Shown here: piece after piece, positions 28,185-39,790 of the stretch
How positions within the stretch are numbered: position 1 is the first letter of the stretch
Layout of the letters: every line of letters starts with the position of its first letter
From: Felis catus
Lineage: Eukaryota
NCBI RefSeq assembly: GCF_018350175.1
Contig: NC_058368.1
Location: 18,850,001 to 18,914,000 of the forward strand
Direction of reading: 5' to 3'
DNA: 64,000 bases
Notes under the pieces: model-generated
Seen by the model: the letters and a program-made list of their open reading frames with translations, nothing else
What the model was told of the DNA's origin: nothing
The model's database searches: none
Made by a program: the position numbers and the translations under genes

Positions 28185-28209
28185 ATAAATAAATAAACTT
28201 TAAAAAAAA
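27964..28209 (+). mobile_element. Can-SINE
   Basis: SINEC head, (CT)n, A-tail. Confidence 0.95.
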
Positions 28210-28933
28210 TATATGATTACAACTTTCAATGGGATTGTTTCAGTAATGGAAATAACTAGCTCACTGAAGAGTTATGTATAGTTTTTTATGTATGTAACAG
28301 TATTTCTGGCAATCTCTTAGGTTGAAAATTTAACAAGGGCTGTTTCAACATTAAACATCTGTGTGTATATCCTAAAGCCCTTTGCCAATCAATTATAAAG
28401 CTAAGTTTCAAATGCTATATGCAAGTAACGAAAGTCTGGTAATATATAAAGTTTTGACTGGATAGATTTAAGTCAGTAGACGCCATTAAAGTACCATCTA
28501 CTGGGATTAAGCGGTTTGTTAGTAAAGATAAAACTGCTTAATGCTTTAATGCAACAGAATTACCACACTGAATTGAAAGAAAACACAAAATATAATAAAT
28601 TATCAATCTGGACTCAAAAAAAAAAACAAAAAGAAAATAAAAACATTAGCACGAGTACCATACATGTGGCATATTGCTAAACTATTATGATCTAGAACCA
28701 ATTTGGCAGGGCACAAACATACTAATGATTAAATATGCAACGTGTCATCTAAAAACTCTAACTCAAGGGTTCTCCTTCCTACTTAAATAAAATAAATATA
28801 TTATCACTAATTTATACTGCTTGTGGTCTCCAGTGCTAATAGATTACTTTTCCAACAAATCCAGCAAACTGACTATTGCTCAATAGGTGCCCACAATTTC
28901 CCACCATTAACACTTAAAAAGATAAGACTAGAT

Positions 28934-29162
28934 GGGCGCCTGGGTGGCTCAGTTGGTTAAGCATCCAACTTCGGCTCGGGTCATGATCTCACAGTTCATG
29001 GGTTTGAGACCTGTGTCAGGCTCCGTGCTGACAGTTCAGAGCCTGAAGTCTGCTTGGGATTCTGTCTGTCTGTCTGTCTGTCTGTCTCTGCCCCTCCCCT
29101 GCTCAAGCTCTGTCTCTCTCAAAAATAAACAAACATTAAAATTTTTTTTGATAAATAAATAA
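28934..29162 (+). mobile_element. Can-SINE (no TSD seen)
   Basis: SINEC head and tail, with a (TCTG)n expansion. Confidence 0.96.
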
Positions 29163-29428
29163 AATAAAGTGTTGAATATCTCATGTAATTTACTGAATAT
29201 TGTACTGAAAGTGAAAAACAGAGTGGTCATATGGGTACAGATGATTATAAGTGTATCTATTGTTTAGCCCCATAATCATGTGGCTGACTGGGAGCCACTG
29301 CTGCCCAGCTGGGAAAAGATCCAAATTCAAAATTCAAAGTACGGGTTTCTACTGAATGTGTATCGCTTTTGCACCATTGTAGTGTTGGAAAATCAGAAGT
29401 CAAACCATCGTATGTCAAGTGCCATTTG
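29163..29428 (+). mobile_element. MER47/Tigger5-type DNA transposon, 3' part only
   Basis: aataaagtgttgaatatctcatgtaatttactgaatattgtactgaaagtgaaaaacag...tttctactgaatgtgtatcgcttttgcaccat...aaccatcgta, followed by TA at 29429-29430. Confidence 0.8.
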
Positions 29429-29732
29429 TATTCTACTGAAACAGAGGAACAGAAAAATCCTACCAGCACACATTCTAGTAATAGGATGTATTCTTAACTA
29501 ATCCCACTACTTAAAATATTGTAAAAACTTTAAAAGATATTTCCAACTTCCTGACAAAGTTTGCTGAACTTAGGTGGCTATGATGGTTTAGTATAAAGCA
29601 ATAAACATTTTACAAAATTGAAAATGTAATGCTGTTTCTAAAGCAATCAATCAGAGATTTCCTGCCCCAAACCGCACAATGTTCTTTGCACCCCAAGGGT
29701 TATAAAAATAATTCTATGCCAGTTTTAATACT

Positions 29733-29830
29733 TTCTTTTAAATAATCTCTGCACCCAACACGGGGCTCAAACTCATGACCCCAATATCAAGAGTCACACG
29801 TTCTGCCAACTGAACCAGCCCAGTGCCTCC
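29733..29830 (-). mobile_element. Short tRNA-Lys-like Can-SINE
   Basis: taatctctgcacccaacacggggctcaaactcatgacccc...actgaaccagcc. Confidence 0.9.
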
Positions 29831-30639
29831 CATGTCAGTTTAGATTCCCAAGTTTTCTGGATTCCACTATACAGAAGACCCAGAAGTTAACTCCTTGTAC
29901 TTAGTGAACTATTAAATACCCAGAGAAATAAAAACTAGGCTATATAACAAAGTTGTAAACTCCACCTACACCTCTCTCCCTTCCAAATGTCTGTTTTCTG
30001 AGTTGTGGAAAGATGCCTAGTTTCATGGCAGACATGAACTTCCCTAAAACTAGGTAGCCAGACTCTGCCACCCAAGATGACATTAGCCTTGATTCCTTTC
30101 AGGCAGCAGACAAACTTCCCTCCATCCAAAGATGGAGGGCTACCAGCTGTCAACAGGCACCCAAGGGGGACACTTCACTAGCAACTGCCCTTCGTGCAAC
30201 AAACTTCTATCTTCTATCTATCTGGCCACAAGGTTCAAAGCCCCAAACATTTCACAACCAAATCTTTCTACACAAAGTTAGCACCTGCCAGAGGCATATG
30301 ACGTCAAGAATTAAGAAATGCATATATATGACTTGGGGACATGAACCTGCCCTTGCCCAATCTTTCTTTACTCCTCCCTCCTCTTTATTTCAATTTGCTA
30401 GATCATGAGTGTTTCCAGAACCCTGCAATCTCCTCTGCTCTTCCCCAGTTCCATCCACAGCCAAGCAATTCTATTAGCATTTCCTCCACCTTAACCTAGA
30501 CCTCTTGAAATCACAGCAACAAGGCCACTGCCCCAGACCGTCTCTCTATCACCCCTGAACCCAGTGTGTTCATCTTCCCTGAGCCCTGAGGAATCACTTC
30601 AACGACCTGCTCAAAAACCTCTGACATTCTCTAAACTAG

Positions 30640-31990
30640 CCACTGTGTGTTCTTTCAAATTGTCAATTGCATGAAAGATGAAAATTGAGGAACTGTTCCA
30701 ATCAAAGGGGACGAAGAAAGGTAATACCTAAAAGCACTGTGGGACCTTTCACTGGATCCTGTACCAGGAGAAAAAGAAAACTGCTATTAAAGATGTTACT
30801 GGGAAGCTGACAAAAAGGAACACGGAATTTAAAAATGGGATAAAAAGCACCATGTTAATGTTAAATTTGGGAAGACACCTGGCTCAGTCCATAGAGCATG
30901 CAACTCTTGATCTCGGGGTCATGAGTTCAAAGCCCCACACTGGGGGTAGAGATTACTTTTAAAAAAAAATCTAGGGGCGCTTGGGTGGCTCAGTCGGTTA
31001 AGCGTCCGACTTCGGCTCAGGTCACGATCTCGCGGTCCGTGAGTTCGAGCCCCGCGACCGGCTCTGGGCTGAAGGCTCAGAGCCTGGAGCCTGCTTCAGA
31101 TTCTGTGTCTCCTTCTCTTTCTGCCCCTCCCCCGTTCATGTTCTGTCTCTCTCTGTCTCAAAAATAAATAAACGTTAAAAAAAAATTTTTTTTAATAAAA
31201 AAAAAAATCTAAACAAAATAAGTAAAATAAACATTAAAAAATTTAAAAGGTCGGGGGGGGGGGGGGCGCCTGGGTGGCTCAGCTGGTTAAGCGTCTGACT
31301 TCAGCTCAGGTCATGATCTCAGTTTGTGAGTTCAAGCCTTGCATTGGGCTCTGTGCTAACAGCTCAAAGCCTGGAGCCTGCTTCAGATTTTGTCTCCCTC
31401 TCTCTCTCGGCCCTCTCCCCAACTCGTGCTCTGTCTCTCAAAAGTAAATAAACGTTAAAAACATTTTTCTTTTAATTGTTTAAATAGAACAGGGAGACAA
31501 AATGGTAAGTTCCCTAAATGTGCTAGCTGTACCACTGTTACGTAGGAGACTACTCTTGTTCTTTGGAAATATACCCTGCAACATGAAGGGATGAAGCCAA
31601 GAAGCCAACACCATTTATATAAGCTACTCTGGAACAGGTCAGGGGAAAATGTTTGTATAAAATGTATGTCCATATAAATACACACATACAAATGCACAGA
31701 TTCATAAGAATGCAAGCAAATGTTAAAAATTGATGCATCTGGATAAAGTGTACACAGAAATTCTTTATATTTTTAAGCTTACATTTTTAAAATATTTCCA
31801 AATTAAAAAAAAAAACATTTTTTTAAAGTCCTTTGAAGGTGCATAAGGAAGTTTTTCAGTGATAGATAACGTTCATTATCTTGATTGTGGTAATGTTTCG
31901 TAAGTGTGTATGTACGTATCAAAACCTATCAAATTGTGTACTTAAAATAAATGCAGTTTATGCCTGTGAGTTATACCTCAGAAAGCGGTT
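30640..31990 (+). mobile_element. Old L1 (L1MC/ME-like) 3' UTR fragments interrupted by three Can-SINEs
   Basis: gaggaactgttcca...actggatcctgtaccagga, resuming at about 31508; a further L1 end atcttgattgtggtaatg...ttatacctca at about 31830-31985. Confidence 0.7.
30869..31460 (+). mobile_element. Three Can-SINEs (short 30869-30960; 30974-31200; 31263-31460)
   Basis: Three heads. The middle copy is flanked by the TSD aaaaaaaaatcta, and the third is preceded by G14. Confidence 0.95.
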
Positions 31991-32589
31991 TCTTAACAAC
32001 ACACACACTGGAAGCCTTCTGAGGGTTTCAGTGTTCATAGGCTGACAACCTGTCTTAACACACCTTGTAACCATGTGGCCCTCTTGTCCCTGCACTCTTC
32101 ACCCCTCTTTCCCACAATCCTGAAGAACTCGCTGTATTATCTGAGCTTGTCTTTTTTCTCTTTGTTCATTCTACTACTGTTTCCTGGAAAAGGATTAAGA
32201 GAATTTGGACTCACGCAGGCTAGACTCAAATCTGTATCAAGTCAGTTCAAATCTAAGCTGCACCAACAGTAAGTAAATAAATAAACAAAATTTAAAAAGT
32301 CTAAACTGCATCAGGTCGCCTCAAATCTAAGCTGTATCAAGTGCTCAATGAGAAGCCCAGTCCCTCATCTGTGAAACAGAGATTAGGGTCACCTGCTGAC
32401 AAGACGCAGAAGGGAACTGGCAGGGCGATTGAGGTCCAAGTAACTGAGGAGGAAAGTATGACAGTGCTGCGTAAACTGAAATAATACAAAATAACAGAGT
32501 TGAGTGCCATTACCTCCACGCATCTAAAGCCCTGCAGGCTCGACCTTCTTCCCCAAGTTTCCCCCCAGGCACCTGCTTGGAAACAGACT

Positions 32590-32687
32590 CCCCTCTCCCC
32601 TGAATTCAGACAGTACTGTCACAGATACTTTGCGAGGCCCCTCTCCCCTGAATTCAGACAGTACTGTCACAGATACTTTGCGAGGCC
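32590..32687. repeat. Perfect 48-bp tandem duplication
   Basis: CCCTCTCCCCTGAATTCAGACAGTACTGTCACAGATACTTTGCGAGGC at 32591-32638 and 32639-32686. Confidence 0.98.
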
Positions 32688-33337
32688 ACCTACAGTCTAC
32701 CACATTCATCAAAGTGCACCTCCTGAAGGAGATACACCGATGCAAACAAGTGTAACAACCTCATCTTTATGTGCCGGCTGTGCTTCCAAGAGCTCAAGAT
32801 CTGAGGTCACTAACACACAAACAACAGTGATTAGACTGTAATCACTTAAGGGGCGCAGCCAGTAAGTGGCAATGAGTGGTTCTAGTTCTAAGCTGCCTAC
32901 GACTTCATTCACAGTCTGTAGAGACGAGGCTGGGTGTGGGGCCCACCCACCAGAGGCCCTCCTTTCACATTTTGGGCTGCGGGCCACAGCTAAAGCCTGG
33001 GAAGAGACCACAGACCCAGTTTCCCTACAGGGCACTGGCTCCACATGACTCTCCCGGGGCACTGTGTTCTGTAAGAGGAAGCTACAGACGATAGGATTCA
33101 GGGCGATTCAGTGAGTGCTGGTGCAGTGAGCATACATCATTCTGAAACCAGAGGACCTAGAAGGCAGATAGGAACTGGTGATCAGGAAGGCTCCAGAAAC
33201 ACGTAGCGGGTTTATGCTTTTCTCATGCTCAGCACTCAGGCTGTCAGTATGTAGTGTGAGAACAGCCTTTAGTTAGGTCACGTTTAGTATGTTTAACTTA
33301 CTAAATAGTGCTTACCACTTAAAAATAAAATTGATAA

Positions 33338-33870
33338 GGAGCCCCTGAGTGGCTTAGTTGGTTGAGCCTCTGACTCTTGGTTTCGATCTCATGTTTGTGA
33401 GTTTGAGCCCCACATCGGGCTTGTGCAGAGCCTGCTTGGGATTCTCTCTTTCTCTCTCTCTCTCCCTCCCCTGCTCACACTCTTTCTCTCTCTCTCAAAA
33501 TAAATAAACTTTAATTAAAAAAAAATGATAGGGGTGCCTGGGTGACTCAGTTGGTTAAGTGTCCAACTCTTGATTTTGACTCAGGTCATGATCTCCTGTT
33601 TCTTAAGCACTGCTTGTGCTCTCTGTCTCAAAATAAATAAATGTTTTGTTTTGTTTTGTTTTAAAAAACCTGATAACAGTAGGGTTTCTGGGTGGCTCGT
33701 GGGTTGAACATCGGACTACGGCTCAGGTCGTGATCTCACAGTTCATGAGTTCGAGCCCCATATCAGACTCACTGCTGTCAGTATGGAGCCCACTTTGGAT
33801 CCTCTGTCCCTCTGCCCTCTGCCCCTCCCCGGCTTGTGCTCTCTCTAGAAAGTAAACATTAAAAAAAATT
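33338..33870 (+). mobile_element. Three tandem Can-SINEs (33338-33524; internally deleted 33530-33645; 33682-33870)
   Basis: Three SINEC heads with tails. Confidence 0.93.
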
Positions 33871-35570
33871 TGTTTTAAAAACTGGTAATACCTCCTACCT
33901 TTCTACCTCCAAAAATTAAGAGAAGGAGGTTTTAAAACATAATTAGGTGAACCAGGAACCCCAGACCTCCCAAAATGCTAGGCATTTTGTTCTAGGAATT
34001 CAAGCACTATTAATTTAACAGCAAGGGGAACTGAAACCCTGAGATTCTCTGATTATACTGAAAATCTGCATGTAGTTTATACACACCCAAGGCAAGGGGA
34101 ATCCTTCAAAACAGTCTGGGCTGTTTTGTTTTTGTTCCTACTAAAGAGCAAAACTTACTTGACAATACTAGAAAAACCAGGAAAAGGCTTGTCATCTAAT
34201 GATTGGTCTGGTAAACAAGGGCCTAAAACAATCTTATTTTTCCTTGAGGTACTGTGAAGGCTACACGCTTTGGCAACACCACTCTGTCATTTTATGTGTT
34301 TAAATCTTTCAAATTTCTTAAATGGGAGGGAAACTGCCTCGAGATACCACACTAAGCTCCCCTCCCGGCACACAGCATTCAGCTAGAGTGTCGTTCAGAA
34401 GAGAACAAAAGGGACAATGTGGCCACACAGGTGTGACTTCCTATTCCCAAAGAGGCTCGCTGAGGGGGACTTCTCTGCCTGACATAAATTACGCTGTGGA
34501 GATAGATCAGTGAGAAAGAATCAAGCCATTATGATGAATAAGGAAAAATGAAGAGGATGCAAATTAATTAACTGCAGAGTTCCCACTCCTCTGGGGCCAA
34601 GAGAGGGCGGCTGGGAGTCCACAGAGGAGGCGGGGGAGGCAGCACCGGGGTGAAGGGCTCCCTGCCACAGGCTTTTAAGCGCCAACCTCGCAGCGTAACC
34701 GAAGCAGACCGAGCCACCGGAGGACACGCTGAGAGCCACCAGTCCACAAAACACGAATATGGCTTCACTCAAAAGGTCAAACACCTAAATGTGAGAACTA
34801 ATGCCATTCAACTCGTAGAAGAAAACACAAGTAGGGATCCTTGCGACCTTGGAATAGGCAATAGTTTCTTAGACACAACACCAAGCGTATAAGCAACAAA
34901 AGAAAAAAAAACATAAATTGGATCCCATCAAAAACTTCTTAAAACTTAATTCAAAGAACACCACTATCCTCTCTACGATCCCCGTTCATGGCAGCATTAT
35001 TCACAGTAGCAAAAACTGGGAGCAACCCAAGTGTCCCTTGGCAGATGAATGGAAATGGGGTATATACACGCAAGGGATTATTATTCAGCATTTAAAAAAG
35101 CACATTCTATTACATGCTACAGTATGTGCTTGAAGACATTATGTTAAGTGAAATAAGCCAGTCACAAAAGGACAACCGTACGATTCCCCTAGTGAGGTGC
35201 ACAGAGCAGTCAAATTCAAAGACACAAAGTAGAATGGTAGTTGACAGGGACTAGGAGGTAGGAAGGTTGGGGGTTACATTCAATGTTCAGTTTTGCAAGA
35301 TGACAAGAATACTGGAGACGGACAGTGGTGATGGCTACACAACAGTGTGACAATACTGAATGCCAAGGAACCATGTACACTTAAAAATGGTTAAGGTGGT
35401 AAGTTTACGTGTAGTGTACTGCAATTTAAAAAAATAAAAGAAAAAAAACTAAGAAAGTGAAAAGACAATCCACAGAATGGGAGAAATTATTTGCAGATCA
35501 TATACATGATAAGGGATTTGTATCCAGGTTAAATAAAAAACCTTAAATCTCAAGAACAAAAACATAAATA

Positions 35571-35796
35571 GGGGCACCTGGGCGGCTCAGTCGGTTGAGC
35601 ATCTGACTTCGGCTCAGGTCATGATCTCTCGGTCTGTGAGTTCGAGCCCCACGTCGGGCTCTGGGCTGACAGCTCAGAGCCTGGAGCCTGTTTCAGATTC
35701 TGTGTCTCCCTCTCTCTCTGCCCCTCCCCAGCTCATGCTCTGTGTCTCACTCGGTCAAAAATAAATAAACCTTAAAAAACTAAAAAAAATAAAAAT
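35571..35796 (+). mobile_element. Can-SINE nested in L1
   Basis: TSD aaacataaata at 35560-35570 and 35797-35807. Confidence 0.96.
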
Positions 35797-35811
35797 AAAC
35801 ATAAATAACAA

Positions 35812-35918
35812 TTTATTTAAGATTTTATTTTTAAGTAATCTCCACACCTAACATAGGGCTTGAACCCACAACCCTGAGATGGAGTCACACACTCCACTGA
35901 CTGAGCCACCCAGGGCCC
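35812..35918 (-). mobile_element. Short Can-SINE nested in L1
   Basis: ttaagtaatctccacacc...ctgactgagccacccagggcccc. Confidence 0.92.
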
Positions 35919-35949
35919 CAAATAACACAATTTTAAAATGGGTAAAGGA

Positions 35950-36074
35950 GGGGTGCCCGGATGACTCAGTTGGTAGAGCATGCGACTCTTGATCTAGAGA
36001 TGACGAGTTCAAGCCCATGTTGAGGTTGAGCACCGAGCCTACTTAAAAAAAAAGAAAAAAAGAAAAAAAGAAAA
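35950..36074 (+). mobile_element. Short Can-SINE nested in L1
   Basis: Perfect TSD aaaatgggtaaagga at 35935-35949 and 36075-36089. Confidence 0.95.
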
Positions 36075-36333
36075 AAAATGGGTAAAGGATCTGAATAGAC
36101 ATTTCTCCAAACAAGATATACAAATGGGCAATAAGCACATGAAAAGATGCTTAACAACATTCACCATCAGAAAAATGGAAAACAAAACCACAATGAGATA
36201 CCACTTCATATCCACTAGGATGGCTAGAAACACAGTAACAAGTATCGAGGATATAGAGGAATTAGAATCCTCATACCCTCTTTGTAGGGATGTAAAACGG
36301 TACAGCCATTTTGGAAAAGTTTTGCGGTGCCTT

Positions 36334-36530
36334 GAGGTACTTGGGTGGCTCAGTTGGTCAAGCATCTGACTCCTGATTTCAGCTCAGGTCATGATCCCAG
36401 GGGTTATGGGATGGAACCCGCATCAGGCTCCACCCTGAGGGTGGAGCCTGCTTAAGATTCTTGCTTTCCCTCTGCCCCTCTCCCCAGCTCACGCATGCTC
36501 TCGCTCTCAAAAAAAAAAAAAAAAAAAAAA
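36334..36530 (+). mobile_element. Can-SINE nested in L1
   Basis: SINEC body and long A-tail. Degenerate TSD aagttttgcggtgcct / aggtttggcagtgcct. Confidence 0.93.
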
Positions 36531-38847
36531 AAGGTTTGGCAGTGCCTCAAAAGATTAAAAAAGGATTACCAAATGACCCCGCAATCTGACTCCTAGGTAT
36601 ATATCCAAGCCAAGAGAAAACACGTGTCCACACACAAAAAAAACTGTACATGACCACAGAACATTATTCATAATCATCAAAAATTGCAAACAACCCAAAG
36701 GTCCAGCAACTGATAAATAAAAAGCAGCATATCCCTACAACAGAATCCTATCTGGCCGTAAAAAGGAATAAGGTACTAGCACATGCTACAACATGGATGA
36801 ACCTTGAAAATGTTATGTCAAGTGAAAGCCAAAAGGTTGCACAAAAGGTTGCATATTATATGATTCTATTTATATGAAATGTCCAGAATAACAAAGTCCG
36901 TAAAGACACAAAGCGGATAGTTAGTGGCTTAGGGCTGGAAGGTAGGAGGCAAGTAACTGGCAACGGTTATAGTTTTTTTTTTGGGGGGGGGGGGCGTGAT
37001 GAAAATGTTCTAAAATTAATTATAGTGATGGTTACACAATTCTGTGGATATAATAAAAATCATTGAATTGTACTCTTTAAATGGGTTAACTGTACGCTAT
37101 GTGGATTATAACTCAATAAAGCTATTATGAAAAAATATGAATGTGGATGTCCATCCATTCCATACCTAAAAGAAAATCAAGTCAGAGTAACTCTCGAGTG
37201 GAAAAGGAAAGAATTCACAAGGCTCCTTACAATCAGGTAACAATAGCCCGGGTATATGTACATCAGTGGAAATGCCTACTGTATGTATTACGCCGAGCAC
37301 CTAGGGTCATAAAAATAAAGTTGCAAAAGTACTGTACCAAGTAAAACACTCACTGTATTAAGATTGGAGACTTAATTAGGAAAAGTTTCCTTTACAATCT
37401 AGGATTTGACAATAGCTCTTCAACATCAAACTATTTGCCCACATGAGAGATAGGTATGGGACAGGATAACAAGGCTGGATGTACCAGCTATATGATTTGA
37501 CAGCAAAATGTATAAAAGCTCCACTTTTCTAATAAAACTACCCAGGACAAAGTGCCCTGAGAGTTTTCCCAATGACATCACAAAGCCTTGGTCCATGTTG
37601 GGAGTAATCTGCAGGAGAAGACTCCACAATTTAACTAGTTCATGTTTATACAACCACATATGTGCACATATAATTGTCTTGCCACATAGGTAGTAACAAA
37701 TCTCACTTAGACATTAATAAATGAGCAGTCTGACATTCAATAAACTGAACATAAACCTAAGAAGCTGCAAAGAAAATGTACAACTTATAAGTCACTCTAG
37801 TATTACTAAGAAAAGTGGCTTTGGTCTTAATTTCTAGAATAGAAGAAACCTCTACAAATTCATTGTGAATTTAACACCATTCACTAAAATCTAAGCCTCT
37901 AAACCTAACTCACAACATTCATGAACCATAACCAATTAAGTATATAAATCATCTACCTTATGGGTCACCTGGTGTTGTTCTATCTGCCTGAAATGAAGTG
38001 TTAGACATCAGAAATGCTTACAAGAGCCTTCAATCAAGAAACCATAAAGCCTAATGCCATGTTAACAACAACAACAACAAAAAGTTTAGGAAAAGAGTGG
38101 TTCGCATTTCACTGTTTCCACAATTCCTCCTAGGAAGAAAGGAGGAGTAAATTAAAGATGATAAAACTTTTCTGTAGGCTGCCAAGTATCTGCAGCTCTG
38201 GAGAACCATTACACTATAAGCTCCTAATATTTACAAAAAATTCAATTAAGTTTCTAATAAAAGGCGCTTTAATACAAAAGGGCAACATTTAAAGACTTAA
38301 TTTATAGTTTAATTCTGCAACCCATGGGAACAAGGAAAAGGTATTTTTATACACCACCGAGGCCATTTAAAAAGAAAAAAAGAAATCACCACAATCCAGT
38401 TTTTTACTCAGCTTCATAATCTGCTCATCAAACACTACTGACATTTCTGTAATCAGGTTTATTATAATCCTTGAACAAATACCCTGTTAAAACTATCATG
38501 AAAATATTTTTAAGACAATCTGACAGAGTATTTGTAAACCAAGGACAATTAAAAGATGTAATGTCTGGGTAACCGCTTTAACTCTATTTCTCTCACTGCC
38601 CTCCACAATTGGGCAGGGCCGGGCGCCTCCTCCAGGAAGGGCCTCTGGCCATCAGCCACACCCTCTGATGAGGAGGATGGCTGCCAATCTTGCACCCTCC
38701 ACTGGGGGTTTACCCTACCCACTCTCAGGGGTGTGAGTGGTCCTGGCCACCGGGATGTCCCAACTACTGCCCCCTCCCAAGGACCCAGTATATGCATCTC
38801 AGGACCAAAGTAGCACATGTCTGTGCAAAATGTCAGTTAAACATCAG

Positions 38848-38968
38848 AGGGGTGGAGGCACCTGGCTATTCAGTAGGAAGACTCTTATTAACCTCGGGGT
38901 GTGAGTTTGAGCCCCACATTGGGTATAGAGATTACTCAAATAAAACTAAAAAACAAAAACAAAAACAA
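38848..38968 (+). mobile_element. Short Can-SINE (partly deleted)
   Basis: TSD aaacatcag at 38839-38847 and 38969-38977. Confidence 0.88.
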
Positions 38969-38989
38969 AAACATCAGGTGGGTCAGTTA

Positions 38990-39790
38990 AACCCATTTAC
39001 AACTGCCACAAGCTATACAATCTTGGGCAAGTTCTTCTAACTGTCTGGGTCTCCTGGTGATACTACTCACTTGGAACGGTTGCCATGGGAACAAAAGAAC
39101 ATCTCTACAACAATCCTAGCACTGTATCTGGCACCAAGTAGAAGCTGAATAAACAACACATCTCTTAAACAATCAGAAACAACGGCATTTCTTGAGTCCA
39201 GACAATGTACCAGGCACTATTCTTCAAGCACTTCAAATGAATTAACTAGTTCTCCCAACAACCCTCTATCATTATTATCCCAGTTTATAGATGAGGAAAC
39301 TGAGGCATACAGATTAAGAACTTCACAACTGGAGAAAGACTGGATTCAAAAATCAGACAGACGGCAGCTTGCCTTGTAGCTGTGGTCATATGCAATGGCG
39401 GCTGATGCCAGTGTAAATGCTTACAACAGGTCCACGTGGGGATTTTACCCTTGACTTGAGTCTTCCCATCTGTCAAATTTTACCCAACTCAAAAAAAGTC
39501 AATCTCCTTCCTGTTTTCGGCCTTCCATGAACTGTTCTATGCTGAAGTAATGATAATAGCAACCGTTTATAAAACTTCCTCCATGCCAAATACTGCACTG
39601 AACAGTCCGTATTTTAAGGAATTCTCACAACTTCTAAGAGAATTGCTAGTCGCATTTTTCAGATGAGAAAACTACAACACAGTAAGGTGGGCTGCTCAAG
39701 TGACAAAGCTGTTAAGTACAAAAGGCAGGATTTGACCCAGGCAGTGTGACCGGCAAAACCCAAGCTCTTGGCCCCTCAGGTATACTGACT
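38990..39790. mobile_element. Cluster of MIR fragments (+ about 38990-39150; - about 39180-39360; - about 39550-39790)
   Basis: cttgggcaagttcttctaac; ccagtttatagatgaggaaactgaggca; catttttcagatgagaaaact...ggatttgacccaggcagtgtgac. Confidence 0.75.

Larger units (their letters stand above)
34763..37135 (+). mobile_element. Old L1 (L1MB/MC-like) ORF2 3' part and 3' UTR, with a nested L1 3' end (about 34968-35450) and four nested Can-SINEs
   Basis: cctaaatgtgaga...agaagaaaaca; aagaaagtgaaaagacaatccacagaatgggagaaa; the translation NKHMKRCLT...TTMRYHF; terminal ctcaataaagct followed by an A-tail. Confidence 0.92.

Noticed and set aside
32226..32687. CRISPR-like repeat-spacer array
   Set aside because: This is a mammalian intron. 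The repeats are adjacent or degenerate, there are no regular unique spacers, and there are no cas genes.
32500..32841. ORF with the repeated peptide PLSPEFRQYCHRYFAR
   Set aside because: The 48-bp duplication is a multiple of 3, which explains the peptide repeat. The ORF has a non-ATG start and no homology or splice support.
39079..39092. RFX X-box-like GTTGCCATGGGAAC
   Set aside because: A single imperfect match inside a degraded MIR, with no supporting context.
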